From Dehalococcoidia bacterium (GTDB lineage Bacteria > Chloroflexota > Dehalococcoidia > Lucifugimonadales > UBA3495), in NCBI GenBank assembly GCA_963665155.2, contig CAXXFI010000001.1, positions 760,558 through 792,557 on the forward strand: a stretch of 32,000 bases of DNA, in the 5' to 3' direction. The translations under genes and the position numbers were made by a program. Below, piece by piece: positions 16,135 to 25,801 of the stretch (position 1 is the stretch's first letter; every line of letters starts with the position of its first letter). A model generated the notes under the pieces. That model worked only from the letters and a program-made list of their open reading frames with translations. It had not been told where the DNA came from and did not search any database.

Positions 16135-16220
16135 TCACCGCAGAGAATGCCGAGACCTCATAGCAGGTGTTATTAACCATTCCATTTAAGCTGACCGCTG
16201 ACCGCTGAGCGCTGATAGCT
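16135..16220. repeat. GCAGAG-type repeat (16135-16157) followed by a heptamer array (16190-16220)
   Basis: tcaccgcagagaatgccgagacc is followed by gctgacc gctgacc gctgagc gctgata gct, ending 10 nt before the aaggagg RBS of the HAD gene. Confidence 0.7.
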
Positions 16221-16242
16221 ACTAACCCAAGGAGGTTTAGTC

Positions 16243-16956
16243 ATGGTTGCTTCCCAAGTGAAAGCCCTGGTTTTTGATGTGTTCGGCACAGTGGTGGACT
16301 GGCGCTCCAGTATCGCCGGAGAGGGCCGGAAGCTGGGCCAAGAAAAGGGAATCACCGCCGATTGGGAGGCTTTCGCCGACGCTTGGCGCGGTAAATACCA
16401 GCCCTTTATGGCCAAGGTCCGCAGCGGAGAACTTCCGTGGACGAAGCTGGATGAACTTCACCGGATGGCCCTGGAGGAGGTGCTGGCCGAGTTCGGAATT
16501 ACGAATCTAACCGAGGACGACAAGAGCGATTTCAACCGGGCCTGGCACCGGTTAAATCCCTGGCCCGACTCGGTTCCCGGCCTGTACCGGCTTAAAGGCA
16601 AGTTCATTTTGGGCACCATGTCCAACGGCAATCTGGCGTTGATGACCAACATGGCCAAATTCGCTGGGTTGCCCTGGGACTGTATCCTGGGCGCCGAGTT
16701 GGCCAAGGCTTATAAGCCAGACCCCAAGACCTACTTGACTGGCGCTGAACTGTTGGACCTACCTCCCGAGCAGGTGATGATGGTGGCGGCCCACCAGAGC
16801 GATCTCCTGGCGGCCCAGAAAGTTGGGCTCAAGACCGCCTTCGTCCCCCGGCCGTTGGAGCGGGGACCTGGCAATACTCCCGACCACACTCCCGACCCGT
16901 CCTTCGACTACGTGGCCAGCGACTTTGTGAATCTGGCCAGTCAGTTGGGTGCCTAG
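16243..16956 (+). CDS. HAD-superfamily hydrolase, haloacid dehalogenase type II-like
   Basis: 237 aa with RBS aaggagg. Motif I is ALVFDVFGTVVDW. Also present: ...TMSNGN..., K.YKPDP..Y and VAAH..DL.AA...G. Confidence 0.8.
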   Translation: MVASQVKALVFDVFGTVVDWRSSIAGEGRKLGQEKGITADWEAFADAWRGKYQPFMAKVRSGELPWTKLDELHRMALEEVLAEFGITNLTEDDKSDFNRAWHRLNPWPDSVPGLYRLKGKFILGTMSNGNLALMTNMAKFAGLPWDCILGAELAKAYKPDPKTYLTGAELLDLPPEQVMMVAAHQSDLLAAQKVGLKTAFVPRPLERGPGNTPDHTPDPSFDYVASDFVNLASQLGA

Positions 16957-17140
16957 AGGTCTGGCCGGAAAGCCATTGGCCGGGTTTCGCGCTACGCCAA
17001 GCAGACGTATTCCAGTCTTATACGGTATAATAGTATATGTAATACGTTTCAATAACCAGCTGTTACTTCGATAATCGACGTTAAGAAAACGACGGCTTGG
17101 GGAGAATCGGGGTTTCCGTCCGAGTTTCTAGAAAACGTTT

Positions 17141-17210
17141 TCACCGCAGAGCGCGCCGAGACCGCAGAGTAATTATTTATATTGGCTCTGCGCCCTCCGC
17201 GTCTCTGCAG
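17141..17210. repeat. GCAGAG-type inverted repeat, copy 3
   Basis: tcaccgcagagcgcgccgagaccgcagag (17141-17169), spacer taattatttatattgg, then ctctgcgccctccgcgtctctgcag (17186-17210). accgcagag pairs with ctctgcg. Confidence 0.7.
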
Positions 17211-17255
17211 TAATTTAAAAATCTATAGCTTGAACCCACCTTAACGGAGTAAAAC

Positions 17256-18251
17256 ATGGCCCGATTCGGCGTTCGGTTCGACAATAACGCAAAATTCACG
17301 ACTGGAGACTACTCAGCCTTGGCGTCATTGGCGGAGAGCAGAGGCTACGAGGCGGTGTGGATGCCCGAGGGAGGCGGTGGATACGATGTCGTGTCCCAAC
17401 TGACCGCCATGGCTGGCAACACTCAAAATATCGGTCTGGCCACCGGCATACTGCCCATTTTTTCCCGGACGCCTTTGGCCATTGCCATGGCGGCGGCGGG
17501 CCTATCGGCTGTCTCGAATGGCCGATTTATTTTAGGTTTGGGGACGGGCCACCGGCCATCGGTTGAAGGCCGGGACGGCGTCCCGTTCAAAAATCCGATG
17601 GCCCGTTTGCGCGAGACCATTCAGATCGCCAAAGGCTTGTTGGCCGGGGAAAGTGTGAGCCATCAAGGACGGGTGTTCAGTCTAAACAACGCAAGTCTGG
17701 GCGCTGCGACCCCTTCGGTCAAAGTCCCCATTTACATCGCAGCTTTGGGACCGAGAATGTTGGAGTTGGCCGGGGAATTGGCCGATGGCGTGCTGCTAAA
17801 CTGGACGGCTGCGGATTACCTCCAGCAAGCCATCGATCACATTGGTAGAGGCGCTGCAAAAGCGGGACGAGACCCGTCGGAGATAGTAATAGGCGGCTAC
17901 GTGCGGGTGGCGGTGGTGGACGATGTGGAGTCGGCCAGGCACGACTTGCAGGGCCAAATAGCCGGTTACGCCAACATCCAGTACTACCGAACGTTTTTTG
18001 AGCAAACAGGGTTTAAGAACGAAATGGCTGCAGCACAGACCGCCATGGAACGGGGAGACCCCGCTACGGCGGCAAGAGCAATCACTCCTGAGATGCAGGA
18101 CCAAATTGCGGTGGTGGGCAGTCGGGAGCATTGTCAAAACGAGTTGGAAAAACGTCGGTCTTTGGGCCTTGAACTGCCGGTGATCGCACCCTTCCCCGTT
18201 GGCGACGCCATGACATCGTATCAACGGACGATAGAAGGTTTTGGAAGGTAG
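17256..18251 (+). CDS. LLM-class (luciferase-like) flavin/F420-dependent oxidoreductase
   Basis: 331 aa. ...AESRGYEAVWMPEG...GILPIFSRTP...A.A..S.GRF.LGLGTGH... is typical of LLM family proteins. Confidence 0.8.
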   Translation: MARFGVRFDNNAKFTTGDYSALASLAESRGYEAVWMPEGGGGYDVVSQLTAMAGNTQNIGLATGILPIFSRTPLAIAMAAAGLSAVSNGRFILGLGTGHRPSVEGRDGVPFKNPMARLRETIQIAKGLLAGESVSHQGRVFSLNNASLGAATPSVKVPIYIAALGPRMLELAGELADGVLLNWTAADYLQQAIDHIGRGAAKAGRDPSEIVIGGYVRVAVVDDVESARHDLQGQIAGYANIQYYRTFFEQTGFKNEMAAAQTAMERGDPATAARAITPEMQDQIAVVGSREHCQNELEKRRSLGLELPVIAPFPVGDAMTSYQRTIEGFGR

Positions 18252-18351
18252 ACAGTCGTAGATTTTGTAGAGATGACAACAATGGTGGATTTCGAGTCAT
18301 TGTCATCAGCAGATTTCGCAAGATGATCGAAATACCGATAGGAGCTGGGTT

Positions 18352-19616
18352 ATGAAGGTTTGTTTGTTCATCGGGTGCTTCATGGCGCTGCCTCTGTTAT
18401 TTGCATATGGTGGACCAACAACTACTGAAGAAAAACCAACACGTACACATGAACCATCTCACCTGCCGACAGTGCCTTTTTCAACGGTGGCTTCCACAGA
18501 ATCTCCCTCAAATGAGCTTTCTCCCTCACCGACGGTGCCTTTTTCAACGGTGGCTTCCACAGAATCTCCCTCAAATCAGCTTTCTCCACCACCGACGGTG
18601 CCTTTTTCAACGGTATCTACCGCAGGATCTCCCTCATCGACCGACACTGCAGGTCTACATTTCGACGCCGGCTTAGAACTTCAGGAAGACGGGCGGCTGG
18701 AAGAGGCCATTTCAGAATTTGACGAAGCGATTAGGCTTTCTCCGGTGTTTGCAGGAGCCTGCAACGAACGAGGTATTACCTATAGCAAACTTGGCTTTCC
18801 AAGCTTAGCGATTTTAGACTATGGTGATGCGATCCGATTTGACCCTCAGTTTGCCGAAGCTTTAACCAACCGGGGCAGAGAGTTTTCGGGCTTAGGTCAG
18901 TATGACAGAGCGATCCAAGATTTAGACGAGGCGATCCGCGTTGAACCTGAGTTACCCAGTGCGTTGCTCAACCGAGGAATCGTGTATGGACGTCTAGGAC
19001 AGCACTCAAATGCTCTGAAAGACTTAGACTCAGCGGTCCAGGTAGCCCCTCAAGAGCCTCTCGCCTACTACAATCGAGGAATCACCTTCAAGAATCTAGG
19101 ACAGTTACAGCTAGCTATTTAAGACTTCGACGAAGCAATCCGCCTTGACCCTCAGCTTACCCCAGCGCTCATTTCCCGCGGCAACGTTTATACGGCCCTC
19201 AACCAACATGGAAAAGCCATCGAAGACTACAGTGAGGTGTGATCCGCCTCGACGCTGAGCACGCCCCAGCCTATTACAATCGTGGCCTCTCTTACGAGCG
19301 TCTAGGACAAGCTCAGCTAGCTATAAATGACTTCGACGATGCGATTCGTCTTGATTTTCCGCAAATTGCCAATGCTTTCATGAATCGGGGCGATGCTTAC
19401 ACAGCGCTGCACCAGTACGAGCGAGCTATCGAAGACTTAAACGAGGCCATTCGCTTGGACCCTGAGTTACAATTTGCCAATGGGATTCGGGCTTTAGCCC
19501 ACACAATGCTCGGCAACGACACACGAGCCAAAGAGGATGTCGACCGAGCCGTGGAGCTAGGATTTGACCGTGATAGGTTGGACGGCCTAATAGACGAAAT
19601 TCTGAAACAGCGATAG
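18352..19616 (+). pseudogene. TPR-repeat protein gene (signal/lipoprotein-like N-terminus) disrupted by an in-frame TAA and a 2-nt insertion
   Basis: RBS aggag. The TPR units (AI.DFDEAIRLDP....A..NRG..Y..LGQ...) continue across TAA 19120-19122 (LQLAI-*-DFDEAIRLDP). They continue again after a shift to frame 3 at 19238-19241 (gag gtg tg atc cgc = EDYSEV/IRLDAEH). Confidence 0.75.
18466..18654. repeat. 63-bp tandem repeat, about 3 copies, in the TPR gene N-terminal region
   Basis: Units start at 18466, 18529 and 18592. They encode PTVPFSTVASTESPSNELSPS, PTVPFSTVASTESPSNQLSPP and PTVPFSTVSTAGSPSSTD... Confidence 0.85.
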
Positions 19617-19630
19617 TTGGAAGTCAATAG

Positions 19631-20671
19631 TCAAATAGAATAACTATTAATCCCGCAGATTTTGGCCACCAATTCGTACGAATGCACCCGGGGGGCCAGT
19701 CCGTGACAGATGGTCACCACGCTCAAGTCTGGGGTCTGGTATAGCTCGGCAATATCCTCGAGTTTTTCCTTTACCTGCTCGGGAGTGCCGTCGGCGCACA
19801 ATCGCTGGTATTGCTGCATGAAAGCCCACTCGTTTGGATGGTACTTATAAGCCAAGGCGTCTTCCGGGCTTGGCACGCCTTCAGCCCGACCGGTGATGGA
19901 GAAAATCCGGGCCAGGTTTCGGCTGGACGCCAGACGCGCCGCTTCTTCTTCGGTGTCGGCGCAAAGAACTTGAACACCCACGTTAACCTTAGGCTCGGAC
20001 AAGTATTCGGAGGGCACGAAGTTCTTTTTGTACCGATCGACGATGGCCGGTCCTTCCTCAACCCCCAAACCAAAAAAGTGGGCGTAAGCAAAGGGCAGAC
20101 CCATCTGGGCTGCCATCATGCAACTTTCGTACCTGGAGCCTAGCAGCCACACTTCCGGCACATCGTCGGGTTTTGGCACGCTGGGCCCTGCCTGAATGGC
20201 GGAGAATGGATGCTCCGGCTCCAGATTGCCCCTCAGGTGACCCAATAAGTCCTCCACCTGCCGAGGGTAATGGGTAATATCGTGGGGGCGGTTGGGGTAG
20301 CTCAAGGCTGCCATGGTTACTTGATCGCTACCGGGCGCTCGGCCGACACCAAGGTCGATCCGGCCGGGAAAAAGGCCAGCAAGCATCCGGAAGTTTTCAG
20401 CCACCTTGAAAGAGCTGTAATGGGAAAGCATTATCCCGCCCGAACCAACATGTATGGTCTTGGTTCGAGACGCGACCAAACCGATGAGAACCTCGGGGCT
20501 TGTGCCTGCGAAGTTCGCAATGCTATGGTGCTCGGCCAGCCAATACCGTTTGTAGCCCAAGGATTCGGTGGCTATGGCCAGCTCTATGGTGTCCCGCAAA
20601 GCGTCGGCGGCGGTCTCGCCTTGACGCATCGGCGATTGGTCTACCACGCTTAGAATTAGTTTTTTGTCCAT
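19631..20671 (-). CDS. LLM-class flavin-dependent oxidoreductase (luciferase family, group 1 type)
   Basis: 346 aa. LSVVDQSP......A.DALRDTIELA...E.LGY.RYWLAEHH and GSGGIML.HYS..KVAE.F..L...FPGRIDLG.GRAPG are characteristic. Confidence 0.8.
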   Translation of the reverse strand: MDKKLILSVVDQSPMRQGETAADALRDTIELAIATESLGYKRYWLAEHHSIANFAGTSPEVLIGLVASRTKTIHVGSGGIMLSHYSSFKVAENFRMLAGLFPGRIDLGVGRAPGSDQVTMAALSYPNRPHDITHYPRQVEDLLGHLRGNLEPEHPFSAIQAGPSVPKPDDVPEVWLLGSRYESCMMAAQMGLPFAYAHFFGLGVEEGPAIVDRYKKNFVPSEYLSEPKVNVGVQVLCADTEEEAARLASSRNLARIFSITGRAEGVPSPEDALAYKYHPNEWAFMQQYQRLCADGTPEQVKEKLEDIAELYQTPDLSVVTICHGLAPRVHSYELVAKICGINSYSI

Positions 20672-21042
20672 GGTTTTGGCCTCGAAGCTGATGGGGCTGT
20701 TGGGTCTATTTTATCGGCATGGATTCGGATTACCGTCGTTGGACCGGGTAACCTAAATTCGCGAACTTGAACTTGGGCGTACCGGTTAGGGTAGGCCAAA
20801 AATCATGGGCTATTTCCTATTCCCAAGAGTGTCTTGGGGCCGTAATATATAGAGGCAGACAATTCCGATGTTGGAACCTCTAAGCCAATTCTCGGGGGAG
20901 AATTCCTGAAGTTTGTGAATGCCACCGGGTAGTTCTCGGCTCTGGTTTACTAAGTATACAGGCTACTTAACATAGAAGGCACACCTGGCATTTGATTGCT
21001 TCATTCTCAATTACCAACTCTGAAGGCCGGTAATTGGCCGGT

Positions 21043-22086
21043 ATGGACTTGTTGGGAGCGGGATTGGGAGAGAAACGCCGTAGAGGCGTCCGCAAACCGG
21101 CGATTATATTCCTGGGACTTTTATCTTTAGTCATGACGCTAACGGCCTGCGGGATTAGCCTTGGCGGCTCTGAAACCCTGGACATGGACGGCTCAAGTAC
21201 CGTTTTCCCCATCACCGAGGCTGTGGTGGAGGAGTATGGAAAATTTCTAGGTGGGTCCGCTAGGATAACGGTGGGCATTTCCGGCACCGGCGGTGGGTTC
21301 CAGAAGTTCTGCAACGGCGAAACGGATATTTCCAGTGCGTCCCGGCCAATAAAAGCTGTTGAGGTGGAACGTTGCGCCAAGGCGGGTGTGGAATTCATTG
21401 AACTCCCCATTGCGGTGGACGGTTTAACGGTGGTAGTAAACTCCGAAAACGATTTCCTGCAGTGCGTGACCGTTGAAGACCTCCACCTCATGTGGGGTCC
21501 TGAATCGGAGGAAATAGTCAATCGGTGGAATCAGGTGCGAGACCAATGGCCCGACGAGCCGTTGCTTCTATTCGGCCCCGGCGCGGATTCAGGCACATTC
21601 GATTATTTCACCAAGGTGATCAACGGCGAGGCTCAAGCTTCCCGGGGCGATTTTATCGCCAGCGAGCGGGATGACGTTCTGGTTCAAGGAATTTCCGGAG
21701 AGAAGAACAGCTTGGGCTACTTCGGTTTTTCGTTCTTCGAGGAGAACCAGGATATTTTGCGCGGGGTGGCCATTGACGGTGGATCGGGATGCATTGCCCC
21801 CACCCGGGAAACTATCAACAACGATACCTACAATCCCCTCTCTCGGCCATTGTTTATTTACGTGAGTAAAGAGTCGGCTCAGGATGCCGACGTCGACCAA
21901 TTCGTGCGTTTTCATCTGGGTGAGGTGAGCCAACAACTGGTCGCCGAAGTGGGATACGTAGAATATCCGGCTGAAGTATACGATATGATCCTGGCAAGGT
22001 TCGAAAATGGCATCACCGGCACCATCTTCGGAGGCAGCGATCCAAAAGAGGGGTCGGTGGCTGAGGTGCTTTCGTCGAACCAATAG
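21043..22086 (+). CDS. pstS: Phosphate ABC transporter substrate-binding lipoprotein
   Basis: ATG 21043; the ORF track starts at TTG 21034. Lipobox is LVMTLTAC. Also GSSTVFPITEAVVEEY, ISGTGGGF.KFC and SLGYFGFSF. It lies upstream of pstCAB. Confidence 0.85.
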   Translation: MDLLGAGLGEKRRRGVRKPAIIFLGLLSLVMTLTACGISLGGSETLDMDGSSTVFPITEAVVEEYGKFLGGSARITVGISGTGGGFQKFCNGETDISSASRPIKAVEVERCAKAGVEFIELPIAVDGLTVVVNSENDFLQCVTVEDLHLMWGPESEEIVNRWNQVRDQWPDEPLLLFGPGADSGTFDYFTKVINGEAQASRGDFIASERDDVLVQGISGEKNSLGYFGFSFFEENQDILRGVAIDGGSGCIAPTRETINNDTYNPLSRPLFIYVSKESAQDADVDQFVRFHLGEVSQQLVAEVGYVEYPAEVYDMILARFENGITGTIFGGSDPKEGSVAEVLSSNQ

Positions 22087-22154
22087 TCGAATCTGAATTA
22101 CCGGCATTACTGATCTCTGAGTAGACAACTAAACGTGTTAGCGATCCCGATTGC

Positions 22155-22208
22155 GGGGAAATCCCCCTAAATCCCCCTTTGCAAAGGGGGACCGAGGGGG
22201 ATTTCCCC
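22155..22208. repeat. G5/C5 palindromic repeat, copy 3 (nested hairpin) between pstS and pstC
   Basis: ggggaaatccccc taaat ccccctttgcaaaggggg accga gggggatttcccc. The outer 13-nt arms are exact reverse complements and the centre is a self-complementary hairpin. Confidence 0.85.
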
Positions 22209-22377
22209 GGCAGTACAATCTCAAATTCTGTTTAGGTACCTTTGCAAGGGTGTGTAGTTAGCTAGCTTGAATCCGGCATCGGCCCAATTATGCTTTAAAA
22301 GGCGGTCGGCGAATCGAGACAGTATTTGCAAATGACAATGAAGGACTTGGCGTGAGGATTGGGGATTAGGGCCGGAC

Positions 22378-23322
22378 ATGGACGAGCAGGCTAACGGTGA
22401 TGGCCGCCCCCCAATTCTTCGCCCGCGTAACCAGCACATTTGGCATAGGTTGCCCTCGGAACGCATAATAGCGGTTTTGCTGTTCCTGTGTGCTGGGATT
22501 TCGATTTTAACCACAATTGGAATCGTAGCCTTCCTGGTTTGGGAGGCAGCCCAATTTTTTGGCGCAGTAAATTTCCTGGACTTCATAACGGGGACCAAGT
22601 GGACCCCTCTTTTCTCATCGAAGCACTTCGGAGTCCTGGCGCTGGTGGCGGGCACGGTGCAAACAGCCATCGGCGCAATGATAGTAGCCCTCCCCTTGGG
22701 CCTGCTCAGCGCCGTTTTCATGAGCGAATACGCCCCGAACCGGATCCGCCGATTGGTCAAGCCAGTGTTGGAAGTGCTGGCCGGAATACCCACCATTGTT
22801 TACGGGTTCTTCGCTCTATTGTTCATTACCCCTTTGCTTCGAGACGTTTCCGGGGGCATTTCGGTTTTCAACGGACTGAGCGCCTCGATAGTCATGGGCA
22901 TCATGATTTTGCCAATGGTGTCGTCGTTGAGCGAAGACGCAATGCGCGCCGTGCCCCGGTCCCTGCGCGAGGGCGCCTATGCCTTGGGAGCCACCAAGCT
23001 GGAAGTAGCGACGAGAGTCGTTATTCCAGCCGCTCTATCGGGCATTGTGGCGTCTTTCATTCTGGCCATGTCCCGGGCGATTGGCGAGACGATGATCGTG
23101 ACCATCGCCGCTGGTCAGAACCCCAACTTTACGCTAAATCCACTGGTGCCCATCGAGACAATGACGGCGTTCATTGTTCAGGTCAGCCAAGGGGATTCGC
23201 CGACCGGGACTATAGAATTTAAGACCATCTTCGCGGTTGCCTTAACCTTGTTTGCTTTCACTTTGCTTATGAATCTGCTCAGTCAGTACCTTGTGGGGCG
23301 CTTTAGGGAGGTCTACGAGTAA
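22378..23322 (+). CDS. pstC: Phosphate ABC transporter permease PstC
   Basis: 314 aa, multi-TM. The EAA-like loop is [27 protein letters not shown]. Position in the pst operon supports the call. Confidence 0.88.
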   Translation: MDEQANGDGRPPILRPRNQHIWHRLPSERIIAVLLFLCAGISILTTIGIVAFLVWEAAQFFGAVNFLDFITGTKWTPLFSSKHFGVLALVAGTVQTAIGAMIVALPLGLLSAVFMSEYAPNRIRRLVKPVLEVLAGIPTIVYGFFALLFITPLLRDVSGGISVFNGLSASIVMGIMILPMVSSLSEDAMRAVPRSLREGAYALGATKLEVATRVVIPAALSGIVASFILAMSRAIGETMIVTIAAGQNPNFTLNPLVPIETMTAFIVQVSQGDSPTGTIEFKTIFAVALTLFAFTLLMNLLSQYLVGRFREVYE

Positions 23323-24200
23323 TGGCGGTAATCGCTCCCACGGATTTCAAAAAGAGATTGGACCGCAGAAAGTGGGAAGGGCGGGCATTTTACGTCTTGT
23401 GTCTCCTGGCCATAATTGTGGCATTGGGAATGCTGGCCGTTTTGCTCATTTACATCGGAATGAAGGGCTGGTCTCACGTCAATTGGGGCTTCATCAGCAG
23501 TTTCCCATCGCGCCATCCCGACGAAGCGGGAATTAAGAGCGCACTTTTAGGCAGCGTATATCTGGTGATCATTGCCGGGCTAGTGTCGTTCGTGCTGGGT
23601 GTCGGCGCTGCCGTTTATCTGGAAGAGTACGCTGGCCGAAACCGATTTGCCCGGATAGCACAGATAAACATCGCGAATCTGGCAGGTGTGCCGTCCATCG
23701 TCTACGGCATTCTGGGACTGGAAATATTCGTACGCAGCATGCACCTTGGGAAGAGCCTGCTGGCTGGCGGATTTACCCTGGCGCTTCTGATCCTGCCCAT
23801 AATTATTATTGCGTCCCAGGAGGCGATACGGGCTGTTCCCCCGTCCATTCGAGAAGGCGGATATGCCCTGGGCGCTTCTCGTTGGCAGACGATCTGGCAT
23901 TTAGTGTTGCCCCAGGCTTTCTCAGGGATATTAACCGGGGTTATCCTCTCCATGAGCCGTGCCATTGGGGAGACCGCCCCTTTGATCGTAATCGGAGCGC
24001 TGACTTTCGTACCTTTCACCCCAGACGGGCCATTAAGCCGGTTTAGCGCGTTGCCGATACAAATATTCAACTGGACGTCCCGGCCCCAAGCGGGTTTTCA
24101 AGAGGCGGCCGCTGCTGGAATAATCGTATTGCTGATTTTGCTCCTGAGCATGAATGCGCTGGCTGTGCTGCTCCGCAGCAAACTGGAAATCCGGTCTTAA
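23322..24200 (+). CDS. pstA: Phosphate ABC transporter permease PstA
   Basis: 292 aa. The start overlaps the pstC stop (TAATG). Motif: QEAIRAVPPSIREGGYALGASRWQ....VLP.A..GI.TG. Confidence 0.88.
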   Translation: MAVIAPTDFKKRLDRRKWEGRAFYVLCLLAIIVALGMLAVLLIYIGMKGWSHVNWGFISSFPSRHPDEAGIKSALLGSVYLVIIAGLVSFVLGVGAAVYLEEYAGRNRFARIAQINIANLAGVPSIVYGILGLEIFVRSMHLGKSLLAGGFTLALLILPIIIIASQEAIRAVPPSIREGGYALGASRWQTIWHLVLPQAFSGILTGVILSMSRAIGETAPLIVIGALTFVPFTPDGPLSRFSALPIQIFNWTSRPQAGFQEAAAAGIIVLLILLLSMNALAVLLRSKLEIRS

Positions 24201-24209
24201 GGACGGGCA

Positions 24210-24983
24210 TTGGTGCAAGCTGACACTATCCTCCAGACCAAGAACTTGAGTGTCTATTACGGTACCAACCGGGTAGTTACCGAAGTCACTTTGGATGTTC
24301 TGCGGAACCGGATCACGGCTATTATCGGACCTTCCGGCACGGGGAAAAGCACTTTGCTCAGGTGCTTCAACCGGATGAACGACCTGATTCCCACCTTTCA
24401 CCTCTCCGGTGAAGTATTGTTTGAAGGGCGTGATCTCTACGCGCCGCATGTGGACCCCACCGAAATTCGGTACCAGATAGGTATGGTCTTCCAGAGGCCT
24501 AACCCATTCCCCAAGTCTATTTTCGACAATGTGGCCTTCGGCCCGAGAATCAACGGATATAATGGCAATCTGGCGGATTTGGTGGAAAAATCCCTGCAGC
24601 GTGCTGCTTTGTGGGATGAGGTGAAAGACCGGTTAAAGGGCAGCGCTCTGGCGCTGTCGGGTGGTCAGCAACAGCGGCTATGCATCGCCAGGACCCTGGC
24701 TATTGAACCGACCGTGATCTTGATGGACGAGCCTTGCTCTTCCTTGGACCCCATCGCCACATTGGCCATAGAAGAGTTGATGCGAGAGCTTTCCGAAGAC
24801 TATTCCATTGTGATAGTGACCCACAACATGCAACAGGCGGCCAGGGTTTCCAACTACACCGCTTTTCTAATGGCCGAAGCTGATAGGGTGGGCGTGCTCG
24901 TCGAGTTTGGCGAAAGTAGACAGATTTTTACCAATCCCCAAGACGAACGGACTGAAGCCTACATCACCGGCCGGTTTGGTTAG
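24210..24983 (+). CDS. pstB: Phosphate ABC transporter ATP-binding protein PstB
   Basis: 257 aa with a TTG or GTG start. Motifs: Walker [25 protein letters not shown], signature [13 protein letters not shown] and Walker [12 protein letters not shown]. Confidence 0.92.
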   Translation: MVQADTILQTKNLSVYYGTNRVVTEVTLDVLRNRITAIIGPSGTGKSTLLRCFNRMNDLIPTFHLSGEVLFEGRDLYAPHVDPTEIRYQIGMVFQRPNPFPKSIFDNVAFGPRINGYNGNLADLVEKSLQRAALWDEVKDRLKGSALALSGGQQQRLCIARTLAIEPTVILMDEPCSSLDPIATLAIEELMRELSEDYSIVIVTHNMQQAARVSNYTAFLMAEADRVGVLVEFGESRQIFTNPQDERTEAYITGRFG

Positions 24984-25266
24984 AGAACTGTTGGGTTTCC
25001 GGTCTGGAGCCCAATCGTAGGGTTGAAACGATCTCTTACTCGCCTTTGGCCGGGTGACCGGGATCTGTTTATTGACCTCACGGGTTCCCGGATAGGAAGC
25101 CCGCACCGTTTCCCTATAATTGATTTTTCTGTATAATAATTTTCAGGCACTATTTACTCGAGTCGTAGGCACAAGGCCGAGACCATAGCGTCTATTCTGG
25201 AAACATTCGTTTTGCCTCTCGATTGGGGCCATCTTTTTCCGCCGGGACTGAAGTACTGGAGGGGTC

Positions 25267-25671
25267 ATGCCTGAGAAGTACAAAGACGAAATTGAAGAAA
25301 TATTGAAAAGGGCTGGAGAGGCGGCTCCTACCCGTCCTGCCGACGAGTCCGAGGGTCACCCGGAGAACCGGAGTAAAGTCCGTGACGATGTGGTAAGCCG
25401 TCAGGCACCTGCGCCCCGCACCAAGCCCAGTCGGAGCCGACCTTCAATCACTCCTGGTAAGCTGATGCTATTAGGGGTGATATTGTTGATCGTAGGCATC
25501 AAGTTCTGGCCACTAATTTGGGTTGGCCTGGCCACCCTGGCTGGGGGCTATATGATGTATTTCGTCAGTCCCCGGACGATCACTTATGAAAAGAGATGGC
25601 GCGGTAGGTCCGTGGACGAAGACGCTCCATCATCACAGTGGGACAGGCTTAAACGCTGGATCAAGAATTAG
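25267..25671 (+). CDS. Hypothetical small membrane protein
   Basis: 134 aa with RBS ggagg. It has a charged N-terminal region followed by two hydrophobic helices (LMLLGVILLIVGIKFWPLIWVGLATLAGGYMMYF). No family was recognised. Confidence 0.55.
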   Translation: MPEKYKDEIEEILKRAGEAAPTRPADESEGHPENRSKVRDDVVSRQAPAPRTKPSRSRPSITPGKLMLLGVILLIVGIKFWPLIWVGLATLAGGYMMYFVSPRTITYEKRWRGRSVDEDAPSSQWDRLKRWIKN

Positions 25672-25733
25672 GCTGTCAACCCAAAGAATCGATCGACCGA
25701 GTAGTACTTATCCAGGGCCAACGATTAGCTAAT

Positions 25734-25763
25734 AAAATGGGCGGCAAAATTGCCGCCCATTTT
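25734..25763. terminator. Bidirectional intrinsic terminator between convergent genes
   Basis: aaaatgggcggc aaaatt gccgcccatttt. The GC-rich stem is perfect, with an A-run on one side and a T-run on the other. It lies between the stop at 25671 (+) and the stop at 25802 (-). Confidence 0.8.
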
Positions 25764-25801
25764 GCTGTTAAGAGACTTCAGGACCCGGGAGACCCATTTG
25801 G

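Noticed and set aside
20940-21033. Possible Pho box upstream of pstS (cttaacat, tttactaa, ggcaca half-sites).
   Set aside because: The spacing and repeat identity are poor and no clear 11-bp phased direct repeats are present. The site cannot be supported without the organism-specific PhoB motif.
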